Below are positions 51,216-64,000 of a DNA stretch of 64,000 nucleotides, piece by piece. Made by a program: the position numbers and the translations under genes. This DNA is from Sphagnum compactum. Lineage: Eukaryota. Positions within the stretch are counted from its first letter, which is position 1, and every line of letters begins with the position of its first letter. Under the pieces are notes generated by a model. That model did not search any database, had not been told where the DNA came from, and was given only the letters and a program-made list of their open reading frames with translations. Location: the NCBI GenBank assembly GCA_965153455.1, contig OZ234493.1, forward strand, positions 19,024,213 to 19,088,212, read 5' to 3'.

Positions 51216-52873
51216 AAAATACAAGAGAACAAGGGGTTGGTCACACCATGGCCTTACCATTTTTACACTAAAAAGTGTCTTAAGGCAAAAAGAAGAATTA
51301 TGGAAATTCAAATATTTCACCATGCGAAAACATAATCTTCAAAAACATCCTCCAAAAGAAACCAAAATCCTTCAACATATCATAACTTTATAACTACTCT
51401 CAAGTTTCAGCACAAGCCAAAACATCATCTTTCAAACATCCTCATATAAAAGAAGACCTACTACCTAGGGGCCGAAGTTGCTTAATCACTTAAGCTACTG
51501 TACTCTATAATGGATCTAAACACAATATCCTTGCCTTGGTAGGCAAGGCCAATTAAAAACTCCAACAATGTCTAAGACTCCTTATCAACAGGGCCCCTGA
51601 AAAAACTGTTGTCTATTCTCTCAAGGTAACATCCTCCCCTCTGTCTCTCCATCAAATCCCCGAAACCATTTTCTTCTGCACCCAATCCTGTCCTGCTGCT
51701 TTTGTCAAATCTCATGCAGCTCCCCAGTAAGTCCCCAAACAGTTTCACTCTGACCAACAACTTTGAGTGAACAACAATATATCACACATTTGGTCACACA
51801 AAACACCTCACAGATCTCTCAATCTTGTCACAAAAATTTCCCAACACACCATTGAACCTGTACGTCTTCCTGAACCTGTCATCATCTCCATGTCATCTCT
51901 AAATCTTTATTGCTATACATGTTACAAACACTAGTATGAAGCTTGCACAGTCAAGTTCTTTGCTTCTACACATCTACAACACATGTCAAACACCCCCCCA
52001 ACCCCCCCACAGTAACATAAACTTCTATCATCAAAAATTGAGAAGAGCTCCCTGAGTTCAACTGCATCTCCTATTGCTCAGCATTGTTGTCTTATCCGAA
52101 CACACTGAACACTCACAACCACACATTAGCAACAGTTTCTATTCTGGATAGCTTCATTAACACAGCAGCATCCTCCTGCACACTGCTCTAGCTAAAAACA
52201 ACTCATCCTTCATCTGCTCCATAACAGAAATAACCAACACACAAGCACACACACAAAATGCATATCACTTCACTATCAATTTTCTGTGGACCTATACCCA
52301 GCAATCTCCCCACTTGCCTCTTTCACAAAAACAACATCCCTTCTGCTGTCACACCACTTTTGCCAACTGTTGCATTCCTTAAGGTAAAGCCTACTCCATA
52401 ACTCTGTTTTCACTTTTCTCATACCATTTTGAGGCACACTTTCACCACATCTGAACAGAGCTCTTCTCAATTGCAGCAACTAATGTTTCAAGCATTTTCT
52501 TGCTTGAGATTTTGTTGTTAGTAGGAGTCAATTGGTAGATCACCATTTGCATTTCAAGCAACAAGGAAATACCATAACTATCAAATGGCACATTTAACCA
52601 ATCACCTCACTACAATGTAGAAGCATCAAAGACACCTGCACTTTGTAGTATCAATCAGGTTAACCAACATCACATCCTGTCATTGAGATTCAGAAGACAG
52701 ACCATCTGTTATTAGGTCAACATTTTCTCCATAATAATGCACATCTCTGCATCATTTAGTTGCACGTGATGAGCACCCAAACACATGATAACAGAGAGGA
52801 AACACCTAAATAACAGCCAGTGTATCTTCATACTCGATTGCAAGTTCCAAGCTGCTCATAGTACATGGACCCA

Positions 52874-53423
52874 CCCACAATGCATCCTTCAATGGAAATA
52901 CATGTTGACGTAAGAGTCAGAAACTCCTTCATACGCTTTAACATTGCTCAATAGTCATCCAAGCCAAATGCCACAAAGATTTCCTACTTCAGTAATTGGA
53001 GTCTTTGGGCTCAAGACCTCTTCTTCATTTTCCACTGAATGAATGTCTCCCACTTAACACATAGAATAAAAACTGAGTCACCAATCAAAACAGTCAGAAT
53101 GATAGGGTGAAACAATGTTCAGTCTTTTCATCAGAAACTAATCAATACACCCACAACAGATCCTTCAATAGAAGTACATGCTGTCAGTAAGAGTCAGAAA
53201 CTCCTTCATATGCTTCAACATTGCTCAATGCTCATCCAATCCAAACAACACAAAGATTTCTACTTCAGTAATTTGGAGTCTCTGGGTGCAAGAACTCTTC
53301 TTCATTTTCAACTGAATGAATGTCTCCCACTTAACCCATGAACAAACTTAGTCACCAATCAAAACAGTCAGAATGAAAGGACGAAACCAATGTTCAGTTC
53401 TTTCATCAGGAACTAATCAATAC
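52874..53423. repeat. ~277-bp tandem duplication downstream of the eIF3e stop codon
   Basis: CCCACAA..TCCTTCAAT..GTAAGAGTCAGAAACTCCTTCATA...CTAATCAATAC occurs at ~52874 and ~53150, with scattered mismatches. Confidence 0.9.
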
Positions 53424-53657
53424 AAAAATCTCACTTCAAAGTGCTCTTCCATCTTTGTGCTTCCTAGGAAAAAATTCCCTCCTTAGGAATGACTCTACAT
53501 ACCAACAATCAATAGTGATCCAGGTGCTTCTGAAAACTTAAATTGGCAAAAGATCTAGAAAGAAAACTCACAACCTAAGAAGGGAGAAACTGAATCAAAA
53601 TTTGGCAGGTTGTGCAGATACTTCCAGCCACTATTGCTTTGTAAATCTCAAGATAAC

Positions 53658-56600
53658 TTACCGAGCAGTCAATGCCTCAGCAGCAACAGCTGTGGCTGCT
53701 ACATTGCTGGCTAAGGTGTAACTGCGGAGAGCTAACTGCTTGGACTTCTCTATGATTTGCTCATACCTGTGAAGTACCCAGAAAGTTATCAGTGTTGAGA
53801 ACCAGTCAACTATTCTGTGTCTTGACAATCATCTAGATTAGCAAAAAATTGTCATATACAGACACACATCACAGGAGACATGATATCTAGTAGAAGAAGA
53901 GTATAACTAGACATAGATCACTCATGATTTTCAAAGAGACAGCGATTCCCCTCTGGCACTACGTAGGTAACAACAAGATGGTCACAGATAACAATAGAGT
54001 ACTTACACATTAGGGTGTTGGGTACCCATGACAACCGTGCCCATTTTGGAGTCGATCTTAGCATCAAGGCGTGCATTGCGGATGAGGTTCACAATCCATC
54101 TCTCAGCATCATCATATTTCATGTTCAGTTTCTGAGACAGCATCCTGCCAAAAACAACAGCAACCCCAATCAACATTAATCCTTACAGTACATCTGCATG
54201 ACTCTTACAGTATGCTCCAAATTGGAGCAAACATGAATCAAACTAGCTGAGCTTCAGTAAGCTCTGGGTTCCTGACCATGCCCTTGTGCTAATTTGGCAT
54301 CAGCTTAATTGATGAGCAGAGAGCACATGCTCAAATTAGGATTCCAGTTCATACAGCCCAGAAAACATGTCCAAGTTTGTTGCTGGAGCAGTCTAGTGCC
54401 TTCTAGTGGAATGCTAACACTGCACATAACAAACCCCTCACACCACTGAATGCCAGAGTCATTACCCAATGTCAATGCACTGGTGTATGCGGCAGTATGT
54501 CTCAAAGATAAAAAGTCGGGCATTCTCAAGAAACTCATCACGCAATGGAATGGTCAAAAACCCATTCTCCTGAACTTGCTTCCCCAAAAAGAAATCATTC
54601 ACAATCACCTGCATATCAACCAGCCATCAACAATGCCATTAAAACAGATATGATGTTGCAAACCATGCCTTCTGAAGTTAGGGGACAAACAACCATTGAA
54701 GAAAATCGGCTGTTCTGCACTACTGATTGACCTGGACACTGAGTAGGAGCTCTTGCACTTGCCAGTAGAAGTTCAATGCCAGCAACTCATAGAATCAGAT
54801 ATAGCAAGAATCACTGTCCCTGACTCATGTGACTTTTCCTCAGATCATAGATATCACACCACATGATGTACCTGATGAGTTGTCCAAAGTTTGGACCAGT
54901 CTCATACACGATAATTTGACATTCAAAGTTGAACTCAGCAAATATAAACCTCTACAGCAAACCTATCTTGATGTATCAAAACTTTCACAAGAGTTCCAAA
55001 TTTTCAAAAAGCTGTGGTGATTGAACCCTCCAACAGAAACAGACCACTTCACCTAATTGCTTCAGGGCAATCTGACCACAATGGCCTCATTGTGCCTGGT
55101 GAAAACTTTCAAGGATCAAATCAGAAGATATGCTCATTCAAAAGTATGGTCCATCTGCAACACAACTCACAGTTAAAACAGCCGAAACCCTATAAGATCC
55201 CCAACATTTCATCAACTACTGCTAGTAGGTCTCACCTCCTCACATTCACGCAATTTCAGCTCAGCACCTTCAAAGTCATAGTTGACATATAGGCACTCCA
55301 GAAACTCTGTAATAGGGTCACTGTATGTGTAGTGCTCCTGCTGAATGACTTTGATCAAATCCTTCAGCATATTTCTCCGTCTTTTGTTCACAATTGCAGC
55401 TGTAGCCAGGTAGCGCAATAGATGGTGCGCATTTGTCTGAATAGCATTCAGATACCTGCAAAACATTGAACTACTAGTTTGTCTCATATCCCCAAAAACA
55501 AAAATCAAAGTTGCACAGAGCATATGCCTCTTTCTTCACTAGAAATATTGTCCGGTAACCTTGATATGTCAACCTTCAGAGCATACCTTTCTGAGAAGAA
55601 AAGGTCAATAATTCCATTCCTTCCATTCTCATGGTTGAAGAAAATAAACAGACTCCAGTGCATCAGCCATGTGCGTTGCTGCAACTGGTTGAGTGGGGAT
55701 GAAAAATTCTGTTACCACCCAAATTCACACATTGCAATGTCACATGTCCTTCAATGCCTACACAACAGATTTACACATCCCAATGTGACACATCCTTCAA
55801 TGTCTCCATGTCACCATATTCAAATCCTACATAACATTCAGTTCAGAATTTCAAACCTTTGAGTCAATGATCTCTTTAAGCCGGTTCAACTCTTCAACTG
55901 CCACATCCCAATTTTGCATCAGCACCTCAGCCGCAAGCTTGCCCCACAATGCACTGAAGCTGCGATCACTGTTGGTGCACAAAGTGCGATACTGATAAAG
56001 GTAGTCTGATGCACCAGAGTAGTTGCCACACTCAAACTGGAATTTTGCATAGTCATACAGTGCCTCTATTTGCTCGGTGCCAATCTGCATTATTGCATGA
56101 AGTACATAAGCTGAGTTAACATACTGCATCAAATAGAGCACAGTTTTCATGGTATAGAAGTACTGAGAATTTTCCACTTACAATCCAGATTTACATACTT
56201 ACACAGTCATGACTGCTAGCTAACTCAGAAACTGTAAGTACAAGAAATTTTCTTTCTATATTACTATTTACAATATCAGATTTGACAACATATCAGTAAC
56301 AGGACAAAAGGGCAAACCTAGCCTTAAAGAACAGAGAGAAAAGAATAAAAATAAAACGGAGCACCAGTTTGAACAATGGCAACATGAATGGTAGTGACCA
56401 ACTGCCATAACATCCCCACTGACTTCATTAGCCCCCACCGATGGGTGGAGGTCAATGTCATGCGTTAACTGACATGCTGAGTGAGTTTCTGGCAGTAACA
56501 GGAAGATACAGCTATAACACTAGCTAACTCAACAAACCTGAAAGAGAAGGAGAACATCATGTAAACCCAGGAACACAAAAAGAAAAAAACCCAAACAAGG

Positions 56601-57481
56601 AAAAAGGAAGACAAAAAGAGAGAGAAACGAGGTGGAGAACTTCTTCCACTGTACTGAGACAAGAAAACGAAGTGCACTGAAAAGTTTAGACCTGCTCACC
56701 TGATACTTGTCCCGTAGCATTTGGAGGTTGTACTGCTTGTCAGAGCGAAGCTCCTGTACTAGGGCAGGGTTCTGCAAGAAACTGATGAGAGGTGCTGCCG
56801 ATTCCTCCAATAGCTTCAATCGCCCCACTACTTCCACCCTCCTGTCCACCATCTCTGCTTACCAATTCTCGTCAGTAATGGAACCTCAAAACCACTGACC
56901 CCTATCATACAACCTTTCATCTGCCGTATTTTATAGCACTACTGCAGATGGCTTCACTGCAACCAATACACTAGTAGCCAAGGCCTCGTGACCACATTGC
57001 AAACGGCTCTGAGAATCAGATCCAGCGTGCAATAGTTAACATAGTTGCAATAGGATTTCTTGCGATTCAAATTCTAAGAAATCAAGCAGCTTCCAAGTCC
57101 TTGCAAGCAAATTTCCCTAGGCACGAAGTGACGTCCTCCAATAAAGAACTCTAAGGGTGAGGAAGAGGGAAATGAGGCTCTCTAGTGTGCAGACACGAGG
57201 CCGTCAAATGCACCAGCTGCAGAAACGTTGCAATGTAGGGTTACTGAGCTGCACAAACATAGACAGCAATTACCTTGAGGCACATCCTCCGTATGGTACA
57301 GACTTTTATGAATATCCATCGCGTAGTCCACCATATTCGTCTTCGCCAGAAGCTCTATCTTGGCTTTCAGGATCTGGTCGTCAGCGTACAACTGCTTGTC
57401 CTGCAGAAACTCAAGAAGCGGGAACACGAGATGCCTGTCGAGGTATGGCGCCACCTTTGCTGTCAAATCATACTGCGCCAT
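53658..57481 (-). CDS. EIF3E: Eukaryotic translation initiation factor 3 subunit E (eIF3e/Int6)
   Basis: ATG at 57481 ([27 protein letters not shown]...[13 protein letters not shown]). Approximate exons: 57274-57481, 56699-56854, 55857-56085 ([29 protein letters not shown]), 55588-55709 ([16 protein letters not shown]), 55237-55455 ([16 protein letters not shown]), 54466-54608 ([22 protein letters not shown]), 54008-54145 ([19 protein letters not shown]) and 53658-53767 (ends LTAR-TAA). Introns are GT-AG. Confidence 0.97.
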
Positions 57482-57691
57482 CGCTCCACGAAACAAAGAA
57501 AAAAGAAAAACCGTCTCCCACAAACAACAAAAATCTGTTTACAATAGACCAGTTCTTCTCGAGCCTCTTGCAAGTTTTCGAATCAAACGACGTCCAAGAG
57601 AGACACATGCACGCGCACGAAAATTCACAAGAGAGAAAAACGAGAAAAGAGGCAACGGTTGAGGAAGGCCCAGATTCTTCCCATCCAAGCA

Positions 57692-57915
57692 CAAACCCTA
57701 ACCCTAATCCTAGCGGAGACCCAATAGTTTCGATTTCACACTACAGCAAACAGTTTCAGTAAAGTATCGGGTTTCACACGGTGAAATTTGCTAACTAAGA
57801 GCCACACGAGCTTTCCAGTTTCACACAACAGAAGAAAGGCGACCAAAAAGATCCTGTTTCACATAGTGGAAAATCGTAACGGAAAGCCACACGAGAGATC
57901 CAGTTTCACACTAAA
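57692..57915. promoter_or_regulatory. eIF3e 5' region with a telo-box and a cluster of TTTCACAC motifs
   Basis: AAACCCTAACCCTAA lies at ~57693-57707; telo-boxes are typical of plant translation-machinery genes. About five (G)TTTCACA(C) copies lie between 57730 and 57912. Confidence 0.55.
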
Positions 57916-58410
57916 GAGAAGAATCCTGTCGATGAATGAAATAACGATGGATGAGATCAGTCCATTTGAAGATGGTATTTTCTAAAATATCACAACAACA
58001 TTTGGAAGAAAATGTATTTTCTCGAAGTTTTTTTTCACATTTTTTTGGTCTTAACTTTTGGAATTAAAAGTTAGATTTATAAAATAATAAATAAAAATTC
58101 CTTCTCCTTTTGAACAATGTTATGAACTATTAAAAATAACTACTGAAAATAGTTAGATAACTATTGAAAACACTTATTGGAAGTAGTTACTGAAATTCCC
58201 TACCAAACTTTATTTACTTTTAACAATTTTAAAAGGTCGTTGAATTTCGATTGAAACAATTAATATGACGTTCACAAATTCTTTTTCCAAATGCTATGAA
58301 ATGGACACTATACGATAACTGTTTCATTTGAATTCTTTTTTGAAAAAATTAGGAGGTCAAAGTTTTTTATTGAATTTGTTTATGAAATTATTTTACGAAT
58401 TATATTGAAA

Positions 58411-59026
58411 CTAGTGTGAACCCGGTGCATAATGCACCCGTCGAGCTCCCCCTCGTCCGGTCCTTCTCATTGCCCACTCCGGTTCTTTATCCCGTCGACC
58501 CCCCCCCTGTCCTTCGCATTTTCCACTTCGGTTCTTCACCCTGTCGACCTTTCCTGTCCTTCGCATTTTTCACTCCGATTCTTTAACTCGTTGATCCCCC
58601 CCCCAGTGTTGGGGCGATTCTCAAATGCTGACCCGGTTTTTGATTCGATTTTCGACCCGAGAACTGATTGACGCTTTTTTTTAATGTAAGAACCGGAATG
58701 AAAACCGACCTGAGGTTCTCACATGACCGAGAACCGAAAAGGTTCTCTCATAGAAATCAGATTTGGTTCTCAAAGTTCTCTGTATCATTTATTGGTTCCT
58801 CTTGTTTTTCTTCTCTCTTTATTACTATTTTTTTTACTGTTATTAATATTTTTCATTTATTATTGATCTCTCTTGATTGGTATTAATCTTCTCTTTATTG
58901 ACGTCCCCCCGCCCATGCTGGCCCCCCTCGTCTCGTCATCTGTCACCCGCTGCTTCACCAGGTGACCTCCTTCCCCCACGCCCCAAAACCTCCGTCACAG
59001 ACACAGAGACTTAGTGAATTATATGA
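58411..59026 (-). mobile_element. Non-autonomous Helitron (~620 bp)
   Basis: On the minus strand it begins A|TC(ATATAATTCACTAAGTCTCTGTGTCTGTG) at 59026 (alternatively 59031). It ends with the hairpin GGTGCAT-T-ATGCACC, ~9 nt, then CTAG|T at 58411. There is no TSD, and the interior is CpG-rich with short internal repeats. Confidence 0.75.
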
Positions 59027-59175
59027 TATGATGTACCAAACTATTTACCATATTTCATTGTTTTGATGATTTTAAAAGTCAAATCAACTCAGAGACTTAG
59101 TGAATTATATGATATGATGTACCAAACTATTTACCATATTTCATTGTTTTGATGATTTTAAAAGTCAAATCAACT
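59004..59175. repeat. Perfect 86-bp tandem duplication spanning the Helitron 5' junction
   Basis: 59004-59089 is identical to 59090-59175 (CAGAGACTTAGTGAATT...AAATCAACT). Confidence 0.95.
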
Positions 59176-59449
59176 CCCATTGGGATCAATGATACAATAG
59201 AGTTATCTCTAAAGTCAGGCAAAGACGGCACCGGAACCCCCTGTTATGGTCACATAGTGAACAAGATTTCAAAAAAACAGCAAAAAGGAAAAAATACATT
59301 GGGCTTCAAGGGGGCATGAAACTGAGTTTAGCACCAAATAAGCTGAGTTTGCCCTGACCTTTCTTTTCCTGAACACTTTCAACCAATCACACGCTGCTCC
59401 TATGTGTACTGTAACTATAAAGGTTCTCGAGCCTGGTGCATTTAATCCT

Positions 59450-59940
59450 GAGTCTCAGTATTCATACCCTGATTTAATAAAATTTCGCAACTTTGCGGAG
59501 TCTCAGTATTGCATACCCTGATTTAATAAAATTTCACGACTTTGCGGAGTCTCAGTATTTCATACCCTGATTTAATCAAATTTCACGACTTTGCGGAGTC
59601 TCAGTATTTCATACCCTGATTTAATCAAATTTCACGACTTTGCGGAGTCTCAGTATTGCATACCCTGATTTAATAAAATTTCACGACTTTGTGGAGTCTC
59701 AGTATTGCATACCCTGATTTAATAAAATTTCACGACTTTGCGGAGTCTCAGTATTGCATACCCTGATTTAATAAAATTTCACGACTTTGCGGAGTCTCAG
59801 TATTTCATACCCTAATTTAATCAAATTTCACGACTTTGCGGAGTCTCAGTATTTCATACTCTAATTTAATCAAATTTCACGACGTTGCGGAGTCTCAGTA
59901 TTTCATACCCTGATTTAATAAAATTTCATGACTTTGCGGA
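59450..59940. repeat. 49-bp minisatellite, 10 copies
   Basis: Unit GAGTCTCAGTATT(G/T)CATACCCTGATTTAAT(A/C)AAATTTCACGACTTTGCG, starting at 59450, 59498, 59547, ... 59890. Copies are nearly identical and have no spacers. Confidence 0.97.
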
Positions 59941-62900
59941 CAACAGTCAGGAGGGGATGAAGCATCAAATGAGGGGTGCAACTCAGGCCCAACAAGGTGT
60001 GACTTTTACAAATAACTTTAATGAATTTAAATTTTGTTTAAGGAAGTTATGAATTTTTGAAATTTTGTGACCAAATTATATTGGTCTCGTCACCGTCAAC
60101 CAAGAAGGATATGTCTATCATTTCGATCAAGGTATTATTGCATGAGTGTGTTTTGGATGATGATTGAATTAGACATTAAACCTTTAACAAAGGGTACATA
60201 CTTGCCCTTGAAGCTAGGACTTCTTAGTAGAACCTAATCAATGGATAGTGTGCAATTTGAATGACATCGACATTGAAATTAATATTTAAGACTTAAATTT
60301 GTAGATATCTTTATCTTTTCTTTCACATTTTTTAAGGTGTTTTCAAGAAGATCACCATTTGAGGGTGTTCGAATGTGTTTAAGAACTTCTTCATTTATGT
60401 TTTTTGGAATATTAAAATATCTTTTACATAAAAAATTAAATTCTTGTCTTTAAACTCAAGTTGTGCATTGTTCTATTGACAAATTTTGTTGTAGAACTTT
60501 ATTAATTTGTTTGATCACTCCAACTATTTCTGATAATGAATAAAAATCAGATGGAGATTCATGCAAGTTTGAGTTTTTTTTTTTTTTGTTTTGTTTTTGT
60601 TGAATTTCATTTTAATAAAGTATTTTTTCAAAAGATGTTTTTTATATTTTGTCCTATGAAAGAAAGTCTGAAGATTGGTTTTGCTCGAGTATTTCTCCTA
60701 GCTTTACAAGCTTTACCATCATAAAATTAAAAGCAATGTGGGTGGATGGAATTTAAAAAAAAAATGATAACAATTAATTCGATTTTGCAATTGTAATTGA
60801 AAAACAATTGAGTGAAAATAAAATAATAGGAGCCAATTTAGGACAAGATTACATTTAATATAGAAAATATCTTGTAAAAGATGTTTAAAATCATGATTTA
60901 CAAATCAACTTTTAAATTGTTTTAATTTTTATGACCCCAAAAGATATTGCATTATAGTATGATGTAAAGTTGTAATTAAAAAAATTCTCATAAAAATGTC
61001 GTTTCAAATCAATTTAAGTATTTTAAAGAATCTATTACACAATGAAAACCATGGATTGCATTGTTTCAAAAGTGTTTTTGGGTATTCCATATTCATTATA
61101 TTCATTTCAAGTTTTGTCAAGTGTTTCCACAATATATATAAAAATATTTTTGTACAATATATTTAATTTTTTTAACATTAATTTAAATAACCACTTATTG
61201 TAATGAAAATTATGGTTACATCCCAATGTGTCTCCTTTTATCATGTTTGGACCCAATTCCATGGTTTTATATCCTTAAAATTTATACCTTAACATTAGAA
61301 TTAGTTGTAGTGATCATGTTATGTCAACAATTTATCAACCAATGTTGCATGTTTGAACATTATTTGTTATTTTTGAATTTAACAATGTTATAATCTTCAA
61401 GTTTGAACATAAAATTGTAATACATGTTAACTTTATGTTTTAGAACAAATATAAATTAAAATATTTTGTGTGCATGTGAAGTCATAAATAGACTTCCCAA
61501 ACATACAAAATATTGTCATGAAGATCACGAGATTATTTGCATCAATTTAATCTAAAGTAAACCCATCCATAGGTTGATAGTATTCCTTGAAAAAGGGCCT
61601 ATGACAAGGTGATATCCAAGTTTGGCCCCACATTTTAGGAATGCCTCCCATAGATAGATTTTTCCCCGTTGTAAAATATGATGTGAACATTATCATTGAA
61701 CCTAAACATACCTAAATGGCAAGGCATAAGAAGGTGAAGGATCTATGCCTACTCCTTGAAAGTAGGAAGGATTTGATTATTGAAACTAGGCTTAATATCC
61801 TTGCCTTCTCTACATTAGTCATAATGTTGCTACTTTTTTCTCTAAAAAGGTTATTCATGAATATAAGTTGCCCTTTAAATGCATTAGAAAATTTCTTTAA
61901 GTGTTTTAAGTCTCATGAAATTCATTGTTAGGATTGATTGATGTTGATTATTGAAATTGTGATTGTAAGATATATAGATCATGGGCAACATTTTTTTGTG
62001 GCAAAGTTTCACCATTTGGCAATAAATAAAAGGGGGGTGTGATTCATACAAAGGATTTTTTCGGGAAAAAAAAGCCCAAAATCATCATAATTGAAGGAAA
62101 AAATCTCAGATTTAGACTATGGCTTCTAGTATGTTGCCAAAATATACTAAGGTTCCAAATATGTTTTATTTTCTTCTCTGACCTATAGCCAAATTTGGCT
62201 AAGTCTTTTCATTAGTATAATTGTTGGTTTTTTTTACTAACAAATTTAGTAAAAAATTCTAGTTTGGACATGCGTTAAAAAGACCACTTTGTCATTTTGG
62301 ATAAGTCAATTTCGACATGTTCATTATGACTAAGGTGGTCTTTTTTTCCAAGTAAATATAAACAATTTGATTGGTCATTTTGATACGCAAATAATGGACC
62401 ATTTGACAAGTCAAATTTTTGCCCATATTTTATTTATATTTTAAAAATTATTATCAAAAATAATATTTTTGTAATACATAGGTAGGTAGGTCATAAAAAG
62501 ATAGGTAGGTAGGTCTTACCCTACATTACTTTTCCTACTTGACCTATTTTAACCTAACCTAGTATATCCTATTAACTTATTTAGCTTACCCTACTTACCT
62601 TAGCCCCTTAAACATGTATATAAGTTATAATGTTAGGAATTGAACCTTTGACCTCCCCAATGATAAACCAAGTTTTTAACCAATGGGCCAAACCATCAAA
62701 AGGAATTAAATTCTTGTCAAAAAAATTATTTCACATGTTTATTTTGACACATCATTACAAAACTATGAGGTACAAAGATATATAGGCTGTAGGAAGTAGG
62801 TGGGTGGGTGGGTATTTAAGTATGTAAGTAGGTAGGTAGGTAGGTTGTAAAATTGTAGGTGGGAATTAGGAGGTAGGTATGTAATAGGCATAAGATGTCC

Positions 62901-64000
62901 CATTGAACTAAAGAACATTGGTCATTTTGACTAATGATGTTAATTTCTTATTTTCAATTTGACTAAATGTCCCAATTGATTAAAACTCATTAGCCATTTT
63001 GACATCAGGTCAATCACTTTTGTCTCAAAAGCAACTTGACTTGATGTTATTAATCAAATAAATCATTCTAGTCAAGATGATTGTTAAAAAATACATGTTT
63101 CAGGCTTTTAATCAAAATGGACATGTCATTAATAAAAACAGATCAGTTAGTGAACTTGAATTATTTGAAAAACTAAGAATTTTAGTAGTGTCTTGTGGAT
63201 GATTGTTAATCCACCTACCTCATGGAAATTAAAACCTTGGTCATGGGTACAATGTTGTTAATTTGCAATTATGTTTAAACCTTGTGTTAAGAACAATTCC
63301 ACCCATACTTGTGTTTGCATTAGTACATAATGAGTTCAAATCCACTCATGAATTCATTAAGTTTTGTAATGAATTAGGTGAATTTAATTTCCTAATGAAT
63401 TTCTAGTGAATTTGTCAATTGTTTAGTGATTGGTGATAGGTTGATATGGACAAGTAAATTCACTAACATCTAAACAACTAGGAATTTTTGAATATCTTAA
63501 TTATTTAATCTAGATTATTCAACATTAATTATTTAATCCAAATTTTTCAATATTAATTATTAATCGATTATATAATATTAATTATATAATGCAGATTATT
63601 TAATATTTTATTTCATTCTAATTAATTATTTTGGTTTTTATTGGATTATTGGATTATTTGGTTTTTTAAAAAAAAATAAAGTTTCAAGAAGATTCAAACC
63701 TACCTATTTAAGGAGAAAACTAACACCTACTTGCTTGTGTAGGTAGGCAAATAGGTAGGAAAGGAAAAATGTAGATGGAATGAATAGCCAAAAAAATATT
63801 TCAATTACTTTGTAATTTCCATTTAAGGTCAAACAATTTTTCACTCATTCCAAATTGGCATATGCATTTCAATGTGACAAGTCAAGGCAAAACATGTTGT
63901 TTATATAAATTGTGAAATAAAATTCAAAGACAAAACATATGGGTTAAACCTTTAGTTGCACTTGAGTTTTAAATTGAGATGCAATTAAACCTTTACCAAA

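Noticed and set aside
57157..57762. 201-aa plus-strand ORF
   Set aside because: It is antisense to eIF3e exon 1 and its GC-richer 5' region, so it is best explained as a shadow ORF.
59450..59940. 49-bp array as a CRISPR array
   Set aside because: The units are contiguous with no unique spacers, there are no cas genes, and the context is eukaryotic. It is a minisatellite.

Overview
Eukaryotic land-plant genomic DNA. The intron style and repeat families suggest a bryophyte, possibly a Sphagnum-like moss; this is an inference. The window holds three apparently intact housekeeping genes, all on the minus strand: a ~23-exon symplekin/ESP4-like 3'-end processing scaffold (26949-40525), a single-exon SAGA Ada1/Tad1-family gene (48133-49530) and eIF3e (53658-57481). 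The AT-rich left 25 kb contains decayed gene fragments and transposon debris: an intron-containing DNA topoisomerase II pseudogene fragment, a probable TMEM131-like pseudogene, and an inverted, CpG-depleted copy of one symplekin exon with its flanking introns, ~3.5 kb downstream of the symplekin stop codon. Mobile elements include a degenerate Ty1/copia element (LTR, PBS, gag-pol) with a nested insertion, a small, young-looking non-autonomous Helitron upstream of eIF3e, and several MITE-like elements. Tandem arrays have units of 36, 49, ~60, 86, ~110, ~135 and ~277 bp, and all three intact genes have a repeat array or motif cluster immediately upstream. No CRISPR array, rRNA or tRNA was seen. 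All alignments were done by eye, and coordinates of degenerate features are approximate.
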